Shown piece by piece: positions 20,503 through 30,843 of a DNA stretch of 64,000 bases. The number at the start of each line of letters is the position of its first letter. The stretch's first letter is position 1. The DNA is from Vulcanimicrobiota bacterium. GTDB lineage: Bacteria > Vulcanimicrobiota > Vulcanimicrobiia > Vulcanimicrobiales > Vulcanimicrobiaceae. Below the pieces are notes generated by a model. It worked only from the letters and a program-made list of their open reading frames with translations. It searched no databases and was not told where the DNA came from. Position numbers and translations under genes: made by a program. The stretch covers positions 64,001-128,000 of the forward strand of contig CAVRQT010000002.1 in the NCBI GenBank assembly GCA_963723515.1, written 5' to 3'.

Positions 20503-21245
20503 TTGCGCTGGTTTCTTGTCTGCCTTGCGGCCGCATCTGCGGCCGCAATGAGTTTGCGGGCGATACCAACGCTTGCCGTCCCTGCACCCCAATCGTCACC
20601 CGGGTCGTCAGCGACGAGCGCGCCGACTGCGTTGCCGAGCGGCGCACGCGTCTTGCCGCTTGATTCGAGTGTGCTCTTCGTTCTCGACGACCGCATCGGC
20701 TCACGCGTTTCGCAGACGGGGACCGAAGCCCGCGCGCATCTCAAAGATCCGCTCGTTCTCGGCGGCATCACCGTAGCACCCGCCGGCACGCCCGTACGGA
20801 TAAAGATTACCGACGTCCATGGCGCACAGGCGCCCGATGTTGACGGGTCGATTGACATTCTGTTTGAGCCGATGCGGCTTGCGAATCAGACGCAACTGCC
20901 CTTACGTACGCCGACCGCGCATGTAACCGTTCATGTTACGGCCGGCGAAGCATCGACCGCCGGCGTCGCGGACACGATCAAAGACATCTTCATTCCTTAC
21001 CACTATCTCTATCGGCTCTTCCGCAAAGGGGCAGAACTCGATTTGCGCCCGGAACGATTTTGCGAGCGCGCACCGCGGCGGTCGTCAGAGTTGCAGGCGG
21101 CCTGGTCAGCGTCGTCGCCCCGCCGCCGTTTCACTTGAGCGTCGATCAACCGCACGCGCATTTTTCGCCGCTGCCTTTCTTGACGGTGGCGCCGAAGATC
21201 ACTCCGTCCCCAAGGCCGCGACCGCAGGCAACGCCGCCGCAGTAG
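20503..21245 (+). CDS. Secreted hypothetical protein with TrbI/VirB10-like beta region; frameshift near 21050
   Basis: Signal-like N-terminus; LDDRIGSRVSQTG...AHLKDPLVLGGITVAPAGTPV pattern; Pro-rich tail in ORF 21060-21245. Confidence 0.55.
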
Positions 21246-21259
21246 TCCAAGAGCGCTTG

Positions 21260-21928
21260 ATGATGATCAAGCGCTTTATTCTTACGTTCGCGATCGCCGC
21301 CGGCGCCGTATCGATGCTGGCGGCAGCACCGAAACTTTCCGGAAAGCCGGTTGGCGCCGAAGTGCAATTCATTCGTTCGATCCAGGCTGACTTAATGCGC
21401 CGCTTCCCGACCGCGGCCGATGCCGAGAAAGCCGGCTATATCCGCTACACCGATGAGGATTCGACCGGCGCAATCAGCTACGCGAACCGGCAATGGGAAT
21501 CCGCGGATCCTCAGCACCCGAGCCAATTGTGGTACGACGTCAAAGGGAATTTGCTCGGCGCCGATTTCTCCGTGCTGCAATCAAAGAGCAGCGGTGCGCC
21601 GCACCTTTGGGGCGTCGATCCGTCGCGCTGGATCAAAATTCCGGCACACGTGCATTACATAACGGTCGACTCGAACACAAAACAGCCCGCATACAGCGGC
21701 ATGCGAATGAGCCGGTTTACGGCAGCGGGCGGGGATCCGGCGAATCCAACCGCTGCTGCGCTCGTGAAAGCGGGCGTCGTCAAAGATGCAAGCGCCGTGC
21801 AAACGGTCTTTCTCTTTCCCGCGATTTGGGATCTGATCGTGTGGGTCAAGCCGAATCCGCTCGGCGCATTCGCCGAGAAAAACCCGAACGTCATTCCAAG
21901 CAAGAACGCCGAGAAGGGCAGTATGTAA
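21260..21928 (+). CDS. Secreted hypothetical protein
   Basis: Signal peptide MMIKRFILTFAIAAGAVSMLAA; motifs AEKAGY, PSQLWYD, HVHY and VWVKPNPLGAFAEKNP. Confidence 0.75.
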   Translation: MMIKRFILTFAIAAGAVSMLAAAPKLSGKPVGAEVQFIRSIQADLMRRFPTAADAEKAGYIRYTDEDSTGAISYANRQWESADPQHPSQLWYDVKGNLLGADFSVLQSKSSGAPHLWGVDPSRWIKIPAHVHYITVDSNTKQPAYSGMRMSRFTAAGGDPANPTAAALVKAGVVKDASAVQTVFLFPAIWDLIVWVKPNPLGAFAEKNPNVIPSKNAEKGSM

Positions 21929-21937
21929 CGCCCTAGG

Positions 21938-22606
21938 TTAACAGAACTTCTCGAGGACCGTTTGCGCGTATTGCGCCGAGCGCACTTCCGCGTCACGCAA
22001 GCGATCGCGCATCCCATCGAAGCGCAGATACGACTTGATGTCCTTCGCTTCGGTTGGCATCTGCAAATCCTGGAGCGAGATGCCGCCGATCGGTTGCCCA
22101 GTCAAGTAACGCGGATGAATACCGGCGTAGTCGATCATCGCCTGCACCAGTCCGAAGACGTCGGTTGACATCTGCTTCTGCTTATCGAGCGCGCGCTGCA
22201 TCTCTTGCGCTAGCATGTGGATGTCCGAAGAACGTTCGGGATCGGTTGAGAAGGTTTGCGCTTCTCGCAGCGAGTTGATCTCGCGCTGAATGACCACGTT
22301 ATTTTGCTGCATAGTCGTGACGTAGTGTTCGAGCCTAAGCCGCTCGTCGTAGAACTGCTCCTCCCAATCGATCTTTGAGAAGAGATTGTTGACGTTGTCG
22401 AGCGAGACGCTAATCCGGTCCAGCGTAAAATCGTTTTGCAACAACGGATGGACCGCACCGTTAAAGTGGTTGTAGAACGCCGTGCAATACGGCGTCGAGC
22501 GCACGGACCCGATTTCTTTGAGGGGCGGGCCGGGGCTTGGGGCAGGGACCGGTGACGCGACCGGCGCGGAAATCACGGCCAGCGTCAGAATGAGGCGGGC
22601 GATCAA
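21938..22606 (-). CDS. Secreted helical hypothetical protein
   Basis: Signal-like N-terminus, PSPGPPLKEIGSVRSTPYC, coiled-coil-like core, terminal Cys. Confidence 0.7.
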   Translation of the reverse strand: MIARLILTLAVISAPVASPVPAPSPGPPLKEIGSVRSTPYCTAFYNHFNGAVHPLLQNDFTLDRISVSLDNVNNLFSKIDWEEQFYDERLRLEHYVTTMQQNNVVIQREINSLREAQTFSTDPERSSDIHMLAQEMQRALDKQKQMSTDVFGLVQAMIDYAGIHPRYLTGQPIGGISLQDLQMPTEAKDIKSYLRFDGMRDRLRDAEVRSAQYAQTVLEKFC

Positions 22607-22616
22607 CTCTTAAGCG

Positions 22617-23786
22617 CTATTCGTTGCTCCAGTAATCCTTTAACGCTTTGCCGCGTGAGGGGTGACGCAGTTTGCGCAACGCTTTGGCTTCGATCTGACG
22701 GATCCGTTCGCGCGTCACGCCGAACTCCTGACCGACCTCTTCGAGCGTTCTCTGATGGCCGTCTTCAAGTCCGAAGCGCAGCACGAGCACCTTGCGCTCG
22801 CGCTCCGTCAAATTTTGCAGCACGTCGGCCATCTTCTCTTTGAGCAGCATCACTGAGGCGGCTTCGGCGGGCGCGACGGCTTCCTGATCTTCGATGAAGT
22901 CGCCGAGATGCGAATCTTCCTCTTCGCCAATCGGCGTCTCGAGCGAGATGGGCTCCTGCGAAATCTTGATCACGTCGCGCACTTTCTCCGGCGTTAAGCC
23001 CATCTCGGAGGCGATCTCTTCAACGGAGGGATCGCGACCAAGTTCTTGCAGCAGTTGCCGCGAGATCTTGATCAAGCGATTGATCGTCTCAACCATGTGG
23101 ACGGGAATCCGGATCGTACGCGCTTGATCGGCGAGCGCGCGCGTAATTGCTTGGCGTATCCACCAGGTCGCGTACGTAGAAAACTTATAGCCCTTGCGGT
23201 AGTCGAATTTTTCAACGGCTCGGATCAGCCCTAAGTTGCCTTCTTGAATCAAATCCAAGAACAGCATGCCGCGGCCGACATATTTTTTGGCAATCGAGAC
23301 GACGAGCCGCAAATTGGCTTCGGTCAATTGGCGCTTCGCCTCTTCGCCGCGGACGACGATCGCGGAATTCGCAGCGCCGTCTTTGAGCGCTTCAAGCTCA
23401 CCGGACTCGATGCGCATCGCTAAACTTCTCTCATCTTCCATTGTAAGCAGCGGCACGCGTCCGATCTCTTTAAGATACATTCGGACCGGATCGTCCAAGG
23501 CCAAACCGGCCTGAATCGCGGTCTCGTCACTGTCGTCTTCCGAGTCGGATTTTTCAGCTTTTTGCTCGTCGCCGACCTCAATGCCGGCAGCGGCAACCTC
23601 TTCAAAGAGATCGTCCAAACGCTCGGGGCTGACGTCTTCAACATTTTCAAAGACCGCATTGATCTCTTCATACGTCAGCGAACCGCGTTTCTTGCCGCGC
23701 TCGATTAGCTTGCGGATCTGCTCTTCCAATGGCGCGGGCGGCATTGCTTCAACGGTGGCAGCAGCGCCGGATTTCTTGCGAGCCAT
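22617..23786 (-). CDS. rpoD: RNA polymerase primary sigma factor
   Basis: [46 protein letters not shown] and [23 protein letters not shown] upstream of ATG 23786. Confidence 0.98.
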   Translation of the reverse strand: MARKKSGAAATVEAMPPAPLEEQIRKLIERGKKRGSLTYEEINAVFENVEDVSPERLDDLFEEVAAAGIEVGDEQKAEKSDSEDDSDETAIQAGLALDDPVRMYLKEIGRVPLLTMEDERSLAMRIESGELEALKDGAANSAIVVRGEEAKRQLTEANLRLVVSIAKKYVGRGMLFLDLIQEGNLGLIRAVEKFDYRKGYKFSTYATWWIRQAITRALADQARTIRIPVHMVETINRLIKISRQLLQELGRDPSVEEIASEMGLTPEKVRDVIKISQEPISLETPIGEEEDSHLGDFIEDQEAVAPAEAASVMLLKEKMADVLQNLTERERKVLVLRFGLEDGHQRTLEEVGQEFGVTRERIRQIEAKALRKLRHPSRGKALKDYWSNE

Positions 23787-23919
23787 AATTACTTCTTCAC
23801 CTCCTTTCAAATTGGCAACGCACTTCGCGCGATTGCCCCCCGTTTGGCAGCGCCCTTCTCGCTTGCCTAGCGGCCCGCCAGGCACTAAGCCTTTTGAAGA
23901 GTCGCAGGCGGGAACCCCG

Positions 23920-25713
23920 TCATTTCTTCAGCTTTGCGACGAGCGTGTCATAGTCGTTACGCACATTAGCCGGTACATCTTTCCCAGCGCCGACCAGCTC
24001 GTCGATTTCGCGGGACAGTTCCTGATAACGTTGTTTTTCGACCTCGAGTTGCAGCCGATCGATAATCCGTTCCAGGTGCCTGCGCCGCTCTTCACTGTCG
24101 GCATAGCGAACGGTCGAGCTTCGATCGGGCTTCTGCAGGCCGGAAAGCACCGCCGTCATCTCGGGATCATCGGCAAAAATCCCATAAATGTCGGCGCTTG
24201 TGCCCAGACGCGGCGCTTCTTCTTGCAGCCGTTCATAGATTTTCCGGTAGACGTCATTGAGAAAGCGGCTCGGCGGCGGAAGTTCCGCGCCATAGTCTAC
24301 GAGGAGAGTGGGCTCCTCTAAAACGATCGCTAAAATTTCGCGCTCGTACGACGAGGGCTGAAAACTCGGAGCAGCATGGCGGCTGCCCAGCCTCACCGGT
24401 CCGCGCGGCGCGAAGTTCGCCGCATTGGCGAGAAAGCGGCTGTTGCGAAGATCATTCGGGTTCACCTTAAGGCGACCCGCGACGTAAACGCGCCACCGGT
24501 CCCATTCCGCAACCGGCGTCATCTCTCGGATAAGGGTCTCGCCTTTGCGCGCGATTGCGCTCGGTGAATCAAAGCCCGACTGAAATCGCAGGAGCTCGCG
24601 CTCCAATCGAAATTCAATCGCCGGCTTCGATTCTTCGAGCAAAGAGCGGAACGCCTGAGCGCCGTGCGCGCGCACAAAACTATCGGGATCCTCATCCTTC
24701 GGCAGCAGAACAATGCGAACGGAGGAGCCGGCGTTTTCAATCACGCGCAGCGCGGTATCTATCGCCTTCTCCGCAGCGGCGCTGCCTGCCGCATCCGCAT
24801 CGAAACAGACGTAAATGTGCTCCGCGTACTTGCGAAGCTGTCGCGCTTGGTCTTCCGTAAACGACGTCCCTAGCGAGGCAACGGCATTTTCGAAACCCGC
24901 TTGATGCAGCGCGATACAGTCGAGATAGCCTTCGACGACGATCAGCGCACCTTCGGCCGCCGCTGCGCGACGCGCCAAGTTGAGCGCAAAGACGTGGTGA
25001 CCTTTCGTGTACACCGGCGTCGTTGCGGTATTGACGTATTTTTGCTCCGCATCGCCCAAGGCGCGGCCGCCGAAAGCGATGATCTCGCCGGTCGTGGCAA
25101 GTGTCGGAATCATGAGGCGGTTGCGATAGAAATCGTAAAAGCCGCCGCTTTGACGCGGTTTGATGAGTCCCGCCTTCGCCGCAAGCGCGAGATCGATTCC
25201 GCCTGCGCGCAGTTCATTAACCAGCGAATCCCAGCTCTCAGGCGCATATCCCAACGAAAAGCGCTCGACCGTCGCAGCGGTGATGCCTCGCTGCTCACAA
25301 TAACGCCGCGCCTGCGCGCCTTCTTCGCTTGCCAACGCGCGCGCAAAGAATGTCGCGGCAACTTTGTTCGCTTCGTAGATCGTCTCTCGTTCGCTCCGGC
25401 GCCGCGCGTCGACCGGCGTCTCAGCCGAAAGTTCGATTCCGGCGCGTGTCGCCAAGACGCGCGCAGCATCGGGAAAGGCGAGATTTTCCATGCGCATCAT
25501 GAAGCCGATCGCATCACCTGAGGCGCCGCAGCCGAAACACTTGAAATAGCCTTCTTGCGGGTGAACGTGGAACGACGGAGTTCGTTCGCTGTGAAATGGA
25601 CAGAGACCGACGAGATCGCGGCCCGCTTTACGCAATGAAACGAACGAACCGACTAAGCTCGCGAGGTCGGTCCGCGCATGAATCTCGCGAATGGTCGTTG
25701 AGTCGATCCGCAT
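23920..25713 (-). CDS. dnaG: DNA primase
   Basis: CPFH...CFGC zinc finger, RLMIP, FGGR, VEGYLD and [14 protein letters not shown] motifs; upstream of rpoD. Confidence 0.97.
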   Translation of the reverse strand: MRIDSTTIREIHARTDLASLVGSFVSLRKAGRDLVGLCPFHSERTPSFHVHPQEGYFKCFGCGASGDAIGFMMRMENLAFPDAARVLATRAGIELSAETPVDARRRSERETIYEANKVAATFFARALASEEGAQARRYCEQRGITAATVERFSLGYAPESWDSLVNELRAGGIDLALAAKAGLIKPRQSGGFYDFYRNRLMIPTLATTGEIIAFGGRALGDAEQKYVNTATTPVYTKGHHVFALNLARRAAAAEGALIVVEGYLDCIALHQAGFENAVASLGTSFTEDQARQLRKYAEHIYVCFDADAAGSAAAEKAIDTALRVIENAGSSVRIVLLPKDEDPDSFVRAHGAQAFRSLLEESKPAIEFRLERELLRFQSGFDSPSAIARKGETLIREMTPVAEWDRWRVYVAGRLKVNPNDLRNSRFLANAANFAPRGPVRLGSRHAAPSFQPSSYEREILAIVLEEPTLLVDYGAELPPPSRFLNDVYRKIYERLQEEAPRLGTSADIYGIFADDPEMTAVLSGLQKPDRSSTVRYADSEERRRHLERIIDRLQLEVEKQRYQELSREIDELVGAGKDVPANVRNDYDTLVAKLKK

Positions 25714-25771
25714 TGCTGCCGCGAAGGTCAGTTCGCCGGAGTGTCGGCGCTTACCCACGAAAGTGCGCGCG

Positions 25772-26980
25772 GTGAAGCGGATTTTCGATCCGATCCACCA
25801 TTTTATTGAGCTATCCACAGCCGAGGCGAAGCTGCTCGATTCCGACGTGATGCAGCGGATGCGTCGTTTGCGTCAGCTCGGGCTGGCTTATCTGGCCTTT
25901 CCTTCCGCCGAGCATTCGCGCTTCAGTCATGCGCTCGGGGCGTTGGCCGCCGGCACACGTGTTTTCGAAACGCTCGTCAGATACTCAGCAGAAGCATTTA
26001 CCGACCAAGATGATATTGACTATCAGCGCCGGCTCTTGCGCGCCGCGCTCCTATTGCATGACATCGGACATGGCCCATACAGTCACGCATGCGAAGCGGT
26101 GCTCGGCATCCGGCATGAACAACGAACGCAGGCGCTCATCGAGCTTCCGCACATGCGTGAATTGATTGCGGCCTTGGAGGTGGATCCGGCCGACGTTCTC
26201 TCGCTGATCGTCGGTAAGGGAGGCGATCGGCATCGCGTCTTAGCGGAGATCGTCAGCGGTCCCAACTTAGACGCCGACCGCATGGATTATCTATTGCGCG
26301 ACGCGTACTTTACGGGGGTTGCGACCGGCCACTATGACAGCGAACAGCTCTTCGGTTCGGTGCGGATCTATCACGATTCGGGGCAGGCGATTTTGGGAGT
26401 CGACAGCCGCGGCGTCGTTGCGTTAGAGTCGTTCGTGTTGGCTCGTTACATGATGTTTGCCACCGTGTACTTTCATCACACCACACGGATGTACGAACGG
26501 ATTTTGCAAGAAGCGTTGCGCGAATTGTGGCCGAATCCACGGTCGCTCGATGATATTCAAGAATTCCTGCGCTGGGACGATGCGCGCGTGATGACCGAGC
26601 TTGAACGGCTTGATTCCGATGCGGCGCGTGCATTGCGCGGGCGCATTCGCGTGTACGCGCTCGCTGCGGAGTTCAATGCGGAGGACGACTTAGGTGTCTT
26701 CGAGACCTGCGATGCCGCCCTGCGCTCGCGATGGAACGGCGCCGTCTGGGCGGATTCGCAAGAACAGTTGATGCATCGTCTCCCACTCGGCTCCGACGAT
26801 CGGCGCGCGACGGTGATGGTTGGGACGGGCGATTCGTTCGTGGATGCGCGCGAAGCATCCGATTTGATCAAGCGGCTCGCCGAACACGCGTACTGGCGTA
26901 AACTCTTCGTTCGCCGCGATCAAGTGGAGGTCGAAGCGGCGCGAGAAATATGTCGGACGATCATCAAGGCGCAGCGTTGA
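25772..26980 (+). CDS. HD-domain phosphohydrolase (SAMHD1/YwfO-like dNTP triphosphohydrolase family)
   Basis: DPIH, QRMRRLRQLG, HSRFSHALG, LLHDIGHGPYSH, DADRMDYLLRD and VYFH. Confidence 0.9.
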   Translation: MKRIFDPIHHFIELSTAEAKLLDSDVMQRMRRLRQLGLAYLAFPSAEHSRFSHALGALAAGTRVFETLVRYSAEAFTDQDDIDYQRRLLRAALLLHDIGHGPYSHACEAVLGIRHEQRTQALIELPHMRELIAALEVDPADVLSLIVGKGGDRHRVLAEIVSGPNLDADRMDYLLRDAYFTGVATGHYDSEQLFGSVRIYHDSGQAILGVDSRGVVALESFVLARYMMFATVYFHHTTRMYERILQEALRELWPNPRSLDDIQEFLRWDDARVMTELERLDSDAARALRGRIRVYALAAEFNAEDDLGVFETCDAALRSRWNGAVWADSQEQLMHRLPLGSDDRRATVMVGTGDSFVDAREASDLIKRLAEHAYWRKLFVRRDQVEVEAAREICRTIIKAQR

Positions 26981-29485
26981 TGCGCCGCTCAACGAAGATC
27001 TTCGCCGCTTTCACGCTCGCGAGCATCGTCGCAAGCACGGCGCTATTGCCGGCGTTCTCAAAGCCGCCCAAAGTTCATCCCCGTCCCTTTGGACGAGGCC
27101 ACGCATACGTTCACCAGACCCAGATTGCGCCGTATCGATTCGAGAAGCAGACGATCAAAGCACGTTTTAACGTTCATGCCGGTACGCTCGATGCGATAAC
27201 GACGAGCATCATGGTTGCGAAGCATGACGGATTAACGAGCGTTCCGTTTGATTCGCTCGGCCTGCACTATAACAGCGTCACGCTGAACGGCTCGCCGGTG
27301 CGCTTTCATACGACGCCGAATCGACTCTACATTGATTTGCCGTCGCCCGCAAAATCGGGCGAACGCATGATCGTTGCGGCCGCGTATAGCGCAAGACCGA
27401 GCAGCGGCGTCTATTTCATGCGGCCGGATCGTTTCTATCCCCACTATCAGCCGGAGATATGGTCGCAAGGCGAGGCCGAGGACAATCGGCGATGGTTTCC
27501 AACCTGGGACGAGCCGAACGAAAAGACGCCGACCGAGCTCATTTTGACCGTTCCGCATGGTTGGAGCGTCGTCGCAAATGGCGCGCTTCTCTCGCACCGC
27601 GACGATGGACGGTATGCAACGTGGGATTGGCTCGAACGCCATCCGCATTCGACGTATCTGACGGCCTTTGTCGCCGGTCCCTATGTGAAGTTGCTGGACG
27701 CGCTGGGATCGCTTCCGGTCAACTACTACGTCTCAAAAGAGGATGCAAATTTGGGACGGCTGTGCTTTGGACGCACGCCCGCGATGATCGCGTTCTTTCA
27801 AGAGAAGATCGGTGTGCCGTTTCCCTGGGAGAAGTATTCGCAGAGCGCGGTCGAGCGCTTTACCGCGGGCGGCATGGAGAACGCTTCGGCAACGACGGAA
27901 ACCGAAACCGCGATTCATCCGCCCGAAGCTGAACTGACGAATTCGTGCGAGGGGCTCGTCTCGCATGAACTCGCGCATCAATGGTGGGGCGACGACGTCA
28001 CGACTGTCGATTGGCCTAACATCTGGATCAACGAAGGCTTCGCAACGTACTTTCAGGAGCTGTGGTTTGAACATCGCTTCGGAGAGGCGGAGTTTCAGTA
28101 CCAGCGTTACCACGCGCAGCAGAGTTACTTCAGAGAAACGAAACGCTACTGGCGTCCGATCGTTGATTACGATTATGCGCAGGCCTTTGATCTCTTCGAT
28201 GCCAGCGGCTATCAGCGGCCGGCGCAGGTTCTCCACATGCTGCGCTATCTGCTCGGCGAACATGCATTTTGGAAATCTCTGCACGATTATCTGGTCGCAT
28301 ATCAATGGAAGAACGCCGATACGCGACAGTTCGAAGCGGCGATCGAGAAGTCGAGCGGCCGCGACCTGCGCTGGTTTTTCGACGAGTGGTTCTTCCGGCC
28401 GGCCTATCCGAATTTCATCGTCGGTCAAACATACGATGCGCGGCGAAAACTGTTAACGCTCGACGTTCGGCAGCACAACCACGATGGCCGGCCCTTCACG
28501 ATGCCGGTCGCGATCACGATCCAAACGGCGAAAAACGTGCGGAACGTTCACTTCAGCGCCCACGCGCTCCATCAAACACTTTCGCTTAACGGCGTCGCGA
28601 GCGCCCCTCTGATGGTGCTCTTCGATCCGGATAACAACCTCGTTCGTAAGCTCACCTTTGCGAAGTCTATTGCGGAATTGCGTTATCAGGCGCGCAATGC
28701 GCCCAGCGTTGCGGATCGGCTCTGGGCAATCGATCAATTGGGAAATTCCCGCAAGAGCGGATCGTGATGCGGCCCGTGCAGCGGTACGCGATGCAATCGC
28801 GCACGATCCGTTCTACGGCGTGCGTGTCGATGCGCTCGATGCAGCTACTTCGCTCGACGATGCCCTCGCGGTCGATGTCGCGCTCAACGATCGTGACCCG
28901 CGCGTCGCTGTCGCCGCCGGCAACGCCGTCGCGGATCTCGACCATCCACAAGAGGGCTCGCTCGTCGCGGATCTCCGGCGTCTGGCTTCTTCTTCGAATC
29001 CCGTGATTGCGGGCGCAGCGCTGCATGGGCTCGGTGCAACAAAGGCGCCTGGTGCGTATGCAATCCTTGTCGACGGATTGCAGCAGCATGTTTTTCATGA
29101 ATACATCGCCCGCGGTGCTGTCGCCGGCTTCGGCGAGTTGAAAGATCTGCGCGCCGTGCCGCTGGTTGAAGCGCACAGCGGGTACGGCATTGATGAACTG
29201 GAGCGGTCCGATGCGATTCACGCGCTGGGCGAGCTTGCAAAAGATAAACCGCCGCTCGTCGTGCCGTTTCTGATCAAAATCGCAAGCCACGATCCATATT
29301 TCCGAGCCCGCACCGCGGCGGTTCAAACGCTTGGAAAGCTCGGCGATCCCGCTGCGATTCCGGCGCTCGAACGCATTGAAGACAACGACACGGAGTCGAG
29401 CGTGCGCAACAACGCTTGGGATGCCGTGGCGGATATTCGCGACGCCGTCAAAGCCAAGCACGAAAAGAAAACCGCGGCGCGTTAG
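26980..29485 (+). CDS. Secreted M1-family aminopeptidase with C-terminal HEAT repeats; frameshift near 28760
   Basis: GGMEN and HELAHQWWG...WINEGFATY (HEXXH-X18-E) motifs; HEAT repeats in ORF 28658-29485. Confidence 0.92.
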
Positions 29486-29518
29486 ACGCCGCGGTCAGAG
29501 TGCAGACGATTTAGAGAG

Positions 29519-29845
29519 TTATTGGCCGGGGTGCTGCAGATCCCACTGCTCCGCAAGCAGCAACTGCTGGCGCGCCTGCTGCATCAACTGGATTGCGGCG
29601 ACACGATGGCCGCCGTAGTCGTGCGGATCCCGCTGTAACTGGTCGAGCAGGCGCTCGAGCCGTATGCGCACTTGGTAGATGTTTCGCGCTCCGCCCCGCT
29701 CACCGCGCCGATAGGGGTTCGGAGTTTGGTAGATTTGCGCTACCTGTTGCGGGGCGCTCGATGCGGGCGTCGTTTGTGCGCTCGCCGCACCGGCGATCAT
29801 GGCTGTCGCGAGCACGCCGCTCGCCAGAATGAGTTTGAGGTTCAT
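29519..29845 (-). CDS. Small secreted helical hypothetical protein
   Basis: AAGGAG RBS, signal peptide, DYGGHRVAAI helical-hairpin motif. Confidence 0.75.
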   Translation of the reverse strand: MNLKLILASGVLATAMIAGAASAQTTPASSAPQQVAQIYQTPNPYRRGERGGARNIYQVRIRLERLLDQLQRDPHDYGGHRVAAIQLMQQARQQLLLAEQWDLQHPGQ

Positions 29846-29975
29846 GCATAGCTCCTTGAAATGGGAGTGACTATGCCGCTAAAACGCCGCACATATTTCC
29901 CGCTGTTCCTTTAGAGTACGAATCTAATAGGGAACTAAGCGCCGCTTAATGCAGTCCTAATCGAAAAAGGTGCTG

Positions 29976-30776
29976 TCAGTTCAAAATCGGGTTCAACGCT
30001 GAATTAACGACTTCACCTGTTTGAATGCCCGGCATGAACGCTTCCCAATCGGCGTAGTGCTGTTTTCGTTGCGGCGCAGTTAGTCGGATGCCGTCAGCCA
30101 TGTAGATGACCGTCATAACGGCGCGAGGTCGATTCGTTTGATTGGGACCGGTGTGATGAAATGTCCAGCCCGAATGAAAACTGACGTCACCGACATCGAA
30201 TGCAGCGACGTCTTCCGGATAAGAGCCGCTTTGCAATCGATCACGAATGAGCCGTTCGCTTTCGTCGCTGATCTCGAGGTCGCGGCCGAACGTCATTTTG
30301 TGGCTGCCGCGCGCAAAGGCGATCGGTCCCATTTCGAGGGGCGTTTCCTGCAATGGTATCCATGCGGTGATCGTTTTGTCGGAATCGAGGGGCCAGTAGA
30401 ATTGGTCCGCATGCCAAGGCGTGAATCCGCCGCTCGGCTCTTTGAACAGCGCTTGATCGTGATAGAGACGCACTTTCGGAACGCGCAGCAACGCCGCCGC
30501 CGCCGATGCAAGACGTTTACCAAAGACAAATGTCTTCGCAATCTCGCTGGTGCGCCAAAGATTGGTGACTTGCAGAAACGCGCGATGGTACGTGTCACGC
30601 TTTTCGAGCGGTACCGGTACGGGGTTGCGTTGGACGACTTCTTGTGCAATGTGTGGCCCAAAGCGATTCAGTAAGCCGGTGCTCAAAAGCGCTTTAATGC
30701 GAAGAAAGCCGTCGCGCTCGTAGGCAGCGATGCTCTCTTCGCTAAGTTCAGCAGCAGTGTCTAAATCAAGAAGCAT
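29976..30776 (-). CDS. Phytanoyl-CoA dioxygenase-family Fe(II)/2-oxoglutarate oxygenase
   Basis: YERDGF, TPWHAD (HxD), WIPL, GSH and FH..WTFH...N...R. Confidence 0.9.
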   Translation of the reverse strand: MLLDLDTAAELSEESIAAYERDGFLRIKALLSTGLLNRFGPHIAQEVVQRNPVPVPLEKRDTYHRAFLQVTNLWRTSEIAKTFVFGKRLASAAAALLRVPKVRLYHDQALFKEPSGGFTPWHADQFYWPLDSDKTITAWIPLQETPLEMGPIAFARGSHKMTFGRDLEISDESERLIRDRLQSGSYPEDVAAFDVGDVSFHSGWTFHHTGPNQTNRPRAVMTVIYMADGIRLTAPQRKQHYADWEAFMPGIQTGEVVNSALNPILN

Positions 30777-30787
30777 GATTTTGGTTG

Positions 30788-30809
30788 CGCTTCGACTCGA
30801 GGCTCAGGG
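30788..30809. repeat. Degenerate REP-like copy
   Basis: CGCTTCGACTCGAGGCTCAGGG resembles the consensus C(C/G)CTTCGACA(A/G)GCTCAG with a small insertion. Confidence 0.45.
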
Positions 30810-30843
30810 AAGTGAGCTCACGGAAAGGCGAGGCGCAACGCCT

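Noticed and set aside
29905..29935. Imperfect inverted repeat GTTCCT-TTAGA...TCTAA-TAGGGAAC in an AT-rich spacer
   Set aside because: It could be an operator or weak terminator, but it occurs once, has no U tract and no linked regulator.
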